Positions 60,140 to 64,000 of a DNA stretch of 64,000 nt are shown piece after piece. This DNA comes from Candidatus Poribacteria bacterium (GTDB taxonomy: Bacteria > Poribacteria > WGA-4E > PCPOR2b). A program made the translations under genes and the position numbers. The stretch is taken from contig OZ242326.1 of the NCBI GenBank assembly GCA_965208325.1, positions 2,080,001 to 2,144,000 of the forward strand. Direction: 5' to 3'. Below the pieces are notes generated by a model, which worked only from the letters and a program-made list of their open reading frames with translations, did no database searches and was not told the origin of the DNA. How positions within the stretch are numbered: the first letter of the stretch is position 1; every line of letters starts with the position of its first letter.

Positions 60140-61408
60140 TTGAGGTATCAGGAGATTTCTTTGTTAGAACTTATCGCTGGCTTTTTGAAGGGACCACATA
60201 TTAACGACGCGACAGCGGACCTCATCGCGAGAGGTGTTGTCATTGCGCTAATAATCGTATTCAGTGTGCTTACCAACTTTCTTGTTAAACGGCCGCTTTT
60301 GGCTATTCTGACCAATCTGATTGCCCGCACGCAAACGGAATGGGACGACACATTTCTTGAGAAAAAAGTCCTTAATCAACTGGCGCATCTCGCGCCTGCG
60401 ATGATGATTTACGTCACGGCGCCGCTAGCATTAGAGGGATATGAAAAAGCAATCGCATTTACTGCGGCGGCCGTGCAAATCTATATGATTGTTGTTGGGA
60501 TTTTGGTTATCAATGCGTTTCTCAATGCTGTTCTCGATATTTACCGCACATTTGAGGTTGCTAGAGAAATCCCAATCAAGGGCTTTATCCAGGTTGCAAA
60601 GATAGTTATCTGTTTAGTTGGTGGCATTTTCATCGTTTGCATTTTAATGAAAAAAACTCCGCTCGTTTTCCTCAGCGGCCTCGGTGCGTTGACCGCCATA
60701 CTGTTGCTAATTTTCAGAGACGCCATTCTTGGGTTCGTCGCAGGTATACAACTGATTACCAACAAGATGTTATCGCGGGGGGATTGGATTGAAATGCCCA
60801 AGTACGGCGCGGATGGCGATGTGCTGGATGTTGCCTTAACAACGGTCAAAGTTCAGAATTGGGATAAAACAATAACTACGATTCCGACCTATGCGTTGAT
60901 TAGCAATTCTTTCAAGAATTGGCGGGGTATGCAAGAATCCGGCGGGCGCCGCATAAAGCGGTCTGTTTATATTGATGTGAGTACGATTAAACTGTGCACT
61001 GAGGAGATGCTGGCACGGTTTTCCAAAATACAGTACATTTCGGAGTATATCGCAAGGAAAAAGGAAGAGGTCACAGCGTATAACACGGAATCACACGTTG
61101 ATGAGACAAGCGTTGTGAACGGAAGACGGCTCTCCAACATTGGGACATTTCGCGCCTATGTCGTCGCCTATCTGAAAAATCACCGGATGATTAATCAAGA
61201 CATGACGTTTCTTGTCCGCCAGTTGGCACCCACAGACCACGGTCTGCCGCTTGAGGTCTACGTATTCTGCAAAGACATAGTCTGGGCAAACTACGAAGCA
61301 ATTCAGGCAGATATTTTCGATCATATTCTTGCGGTTGTGCCTGAATTTGATTTGAGAGTCTTTCAACATCCATCGGGAAGTGATTTCATTAAATTCGCGA
61401 GCGACTAA
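60140..61408 (+). CDS. Mechanosensitive channel, MscS family (YbdG-like)
   Basis: GDWIEMPKYGADGDV, VKVQNWDKTITTIP, GGRRIKRS, YEAIQADIFDH. Confidence 0.92.
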   Translation: MRYQEISLLELIAGFLKGPHINDATADLIARGVVIALIIVFSVLTNFLVKRPLLAILTNLIARTQTEWDDTFLEKKVLNQLAHLAPAMMIYVTAPLALEGYEKAIAFTAAAVQIYMIVVGILVINAFLNAVLDIYRTFEVAREIPIKGFIQVAKIVICLVGGIFIVCILMKKTPLVFLSGLGALTAILLLIFRDAILGFVAGIQLITNKMLSRGDWIEMPKYGADGDVLDVALTTVKVQNWDKTITTIPTYALISNSFKNWRGMQESGGRRIKRSVYIDVSTIKLCTEEMLARFSKIQYISEYIARKKEEVTAYNTESHVDETSVVNGRRLSNIGTFRAYVVAYLKNHRMINQDMTFLVRQLAPTDHGLPLEVYVFCKDIVWANYEAIQADIFDHILAVVPEFDLRVFQHPSGSDFIKFASD

Positions 61409-61442
61409 TGAAACCCGCTCTTCACGCACAATAGCACGGCTC

Positions 61443-61877
61443 ATGCCACACGAATTCCACACTACACGGCGAATAGAATTCTCTGACACTGACATGGCTG
61501 GTATTGTCCATTTTTCCCGGTTTTTTGTGTTCATGGAAACCGCCGAACACGAATTTTTGCGTTCTTTGGGAACGAGCGTTACCACGGAATGGAATGGAGA
61601 TATTATCAGTTGGCCAAGGTTGGCAGCATCATGCGATTATCTCAAGCCAGCGAAATTTGAAGATGAACTGGACATCCAACTGACAGTTCATAGAAAGGGG
61701 ACCAAATCCCTCACCTACCGGTTCGTTTTTACGAAGGGCGATGTGGACATCGCTTGGGGCAAATTGTCCGTTGTGTGCTGTATCTGCAACCCCGGCGAAA
61801 AGGTGCGCGCCATCCCGATACCGGATTATATCGCTGACCATATTGAAGAAGCGCCACACACCGAATTGGACGGCTGA
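61443..61877 (+). CDS. Acyl-CoA thioesterase (YbgC/4HBT hot-dog fold)
   Basis: RRIEFSDTDMAGIVHFSRFF. Confidence 0.9.
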   Translation: MPHEFHTTRRIEFSDTDMAGIVHFSRFFVFMETAEHEFLRSLGTSVTTEWNGDIISWPRLAASCDYLKPAKFEDELDIQLTVHRKGTKSLTYRFVFTKGDVDIAWGKLSVVCCICNPGEKVRAIPIPDYIADHIEEAPHTELDG

Positions 61878-61913
61878 CACTCAACTAGGGATGCAACAAC
61901 GAAGTCCTGAATT

Positions 61914-62603
61914 ATGACGACATCGGATTCAACCTCACTCAAAATCTCGGAAGTTTATAAGAACTTCGGGCATGAATCGCGTGAGGTCGAGGTGCTTCGC
62001 GGCGTTTCGCTCGAGATGGGCGGCGGCCAATCTCTTGCAATAACCGGCCCCTCCGGCTCCGGGAAAAGTACCTTACTGCACCTGATTGGCACGTTGGACA
62101 GACCGTCATCGGGGAAAATCGAAATCAACGATAAAGACCCGTTTGCGCTGCCAGAGCCGCAACTCGCCAAATTTCGGAACCGGGTAATTGGCTTTGTTTT
62201 TCAAGACCACCACCTGTTGCCGCAGTTTTCGGTTTTGGAAAATGTACTCATTCCCACCATGGCTTTTAAGCGGTACAACGGCGGCGCCGAAGCACGAGCG
62301 AAAATGCTGCTGGAAAGCGTTGGACTCACTCACCGACTGAGCCATCGTCCCCCCGAACTCTCCGGCGGGGAGTGCCAGCGTGTCGCTGTGGCACGCGCTC
62401 TCATTAATCGTCCGAGCCTGCTGCTCTGCGATGAACCCACGGGAAATCTTGACCGAGCTACGGCGGACACGGTCGCGTCGCTCCTATTTGAACTCCACGA
62501 GGTTGAGCAAAATATCCTGATTGTCGTAACACACAGCCTCGAACTTGCTAATCGACTTGGACGCTGTCTCGAACTGGAGGAAGGCACTTGCGTCGAAGTT
62601 TAA
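61914..62603 (+). CDS. ABC transporter ATP-binding protein (LolD/MacB-like)
   Basis: GPSGSGKST, LSGGECQRVA, DEPTGNLD. Confidence 0.93.
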   Translation: MTTSDSTSLKISEVYKNFGHESREVEVLRGVSLEMGGGQSLAITGPSGSGKSTLLHLIGTLDRPSSGKIEINDKDPFALPEPQLAKFRNRVIGFVFQDHHLLPQFSVLENVLIPTMAFKRYNGGAEARAKMLLESVGLTHRLSHRPPELSGGECQRVAVARALINRPSLLLCDEPTGNLDRATADTVASLLFELHEVEQNILIVVTHSLELANRLGRCLELEEGTCVEV

Positions 62604-64000
62604 TCCATTTCTGGCGAATCCACCTCGCTGTGTTGATGGGTACGGCGGTAGCGACAGCAGTTCTCACCGGAGCGCTTCTCGTCGGCGATTCCGTTCGCGG
62701 CAGCTTGCGCGACTTAACGTTGGATCGATTGGGCGGAATTGATTATGCGTTGGTAACAGAACAGTTCATTCGAGAAGCGTTGGCGGCGGATTTATTGAAT
62801 CAGCCGGTATTTGCGGAGCAATTTGAAGACGCGGCACCCGCGATTCTTCTCGGCGGAACCGCTGTTAACGCCGACACACGCGCCCGTGCGTCTCGTGTCC
62901 AGATTCAGGGAATTGACGAACGATTTTTGAACCTGTGGACGACAGGCGAAGCAGCTAACCTAGGCGGATTTCTGGAAAAACAGCCAGGACAATCATTCCC
63001 ATCAGTCATTATTAACCGGTCCCTGCAGAGGGAATTAAAGGTCCAAGTCGGATCGCCCCTTTTAATCTCATTTGAAAGACAGAGCGATATCCATCGTGAG
63101 TTTTTACTTGGGCGCCGTGATTCTTCCGATGTCGTGCAGACTCTCCGACTCACCATTACGAACATCATCCCTGATCGAGGCCTCGGTAGATTCAGCCTAG
63201 ATTCAAGCCAATCCCTACCGTTTAATGCCTATGTCCATCTGCCCATATTACAAAACACGGTCGGGCAAGCGGAATCGGCAAACGCAGTCTTCATCTCTCA
63301 GTCTTCCCATTCGCCGCACTTCACAACCGACCTCCTAAAGTCCCTACATAGAGGGCTGCATCAGGTATTGAAACTCGAAGACCTTGGCCTGACGCTACGC
63401 CAGGGAAACGGTTATTTCGCACTTGAAAGCAAACAGTTCCTTCTCAAACCGTATGTCATTGAGGCCGCGAAAACGGTTGCCACCGAGCGGATTAACCGGG
63501 CAAATAGAACGGGCGATAGCCTTAAGATTCTCCCAATTCTGACATATTTGGCAAACACAATTGAAACCGGCCAACGGCGAGTTCCTTATTCGACGATTTC
63601 GGCGTTTAACCCGGTACACGCCGTGTCACTCCAATTGGCGGACGGTTCACCCGCACCCGCACTTGCCGAAGACGAAATATTTGTCAACGAGTGGGCTGCC
63701 GCAGATTTAGCCGCAAAGGTTGGAGACCAGATTGACGTGAGCTACTACGTTATGGGTGCTCGGGAAGAGCTACTAACACAGCACGCCCAATTCCGTTTGA
63801 AAGGTATTCTTGCTTTGGACGGCTTAGCGGCGGATCACGGCTTGACCCCGAATTTCCCAGGCGTCCACGACGCCGATGACATGTCCGACTGGAACGCTCC
63901 TTTTCCAATCGATCTGAGCCAAATCCGTTCCAAAGATGAACTCTACTGGGATCTGTTCCGTGCTACTCCCAAGGCGTTTGTTTCAGAAGAGGCGGGGCAG
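62588..64000 (+). CDS. ABC transporter permease (MacB/FtsX-like), runs off the window end
   Basis: Not in the ORF track. Manual translation from TTG 62588 (GGAGG upstream): MRRSLIHFWRIHLAVLMGTAVATAVLTGALLVGDSVRGSLR... Confidence 0.85.
   Translation, partial: MRRSLIHFWRIHLAVLMGTAVATAVLTGALLVGDSVRGSLRDLTLDRLGGIDYALVTEQFIREALAADLLNQPVFAEQFEDAAPAILLGGTAVNADTRARASRVQIQGIDERFLNLWTTGEAANLGGFLEKQPGQSFPSVIINRSLQRELKVQVGSPLLISFERQSDIHREFLLGRRDSSDVVQTLRLTITNIIPDRGLGRFSLDSSQSLPFNAYVHLPILQNTVGQAESANAVFISQSSHSPHFTTDLLKSLHRGLHQVLKLEDLGLTLRQGNGYFALESKQFLLKPYVIEAAKTVATERINRANRTGDSLKILPILTYLANTIETGQRRVPYSTISAFNPVHAVSLQLADGSPAPALAEDEIFVNEWAAADLAAKVGDQIDVSYYVMGAREELLTQHAQFRLKGILALDGLAADHGLTPNFPGVHDADDMSDWNAPFPIDLSQIRSKDELYWDLFRATPKAFVSEEAGQ

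Overview
Bacterial chromosomal window of moderate GC. It is very probably Candidatus Poribacteria or a relative; this is an inference from two secreted 14-blade WD40 proteins that end in the 'LLxNYPNPFNPETWIP...YWDG.N..GE.VASG.YFY..TRKM.I.K' domain. Most of it is housekeeping or metabolic: murA, iscA/iscU-like, rtcB, thiE, recO, tRNA-Pro, ybeY, phoH, mqnA/mqnE, purN, sugar-acid enzymes and ABC transporters. There is also an orphan N4C-type DNA methyltransferase and a ~45.5-53.5 kb patch of toxin-antitoxin-type genes (IrrE/DUF4411, MNT, Fic), two with in-frame stops. The most unusual signals are: (1) one ~70-aa domain inserted in frame three times in two unrelated proteins, twice inside HEAT repeats; (2) a non-coding array of ~25 palindromic units with co-varying arms, alternating 30/40-bp spacing and 70/210-bp higher-order periods, with a fragment of the same array on the other side of the Fic gene; (3) two families of MITE-like shells carrying REP-type hairpins; (4) an in-frame UGA at a normally Cys position in DUF4411; (5) an IscU-like protein lacking two of its three Cys ligands. 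All calls were made by eye; no searches were run.
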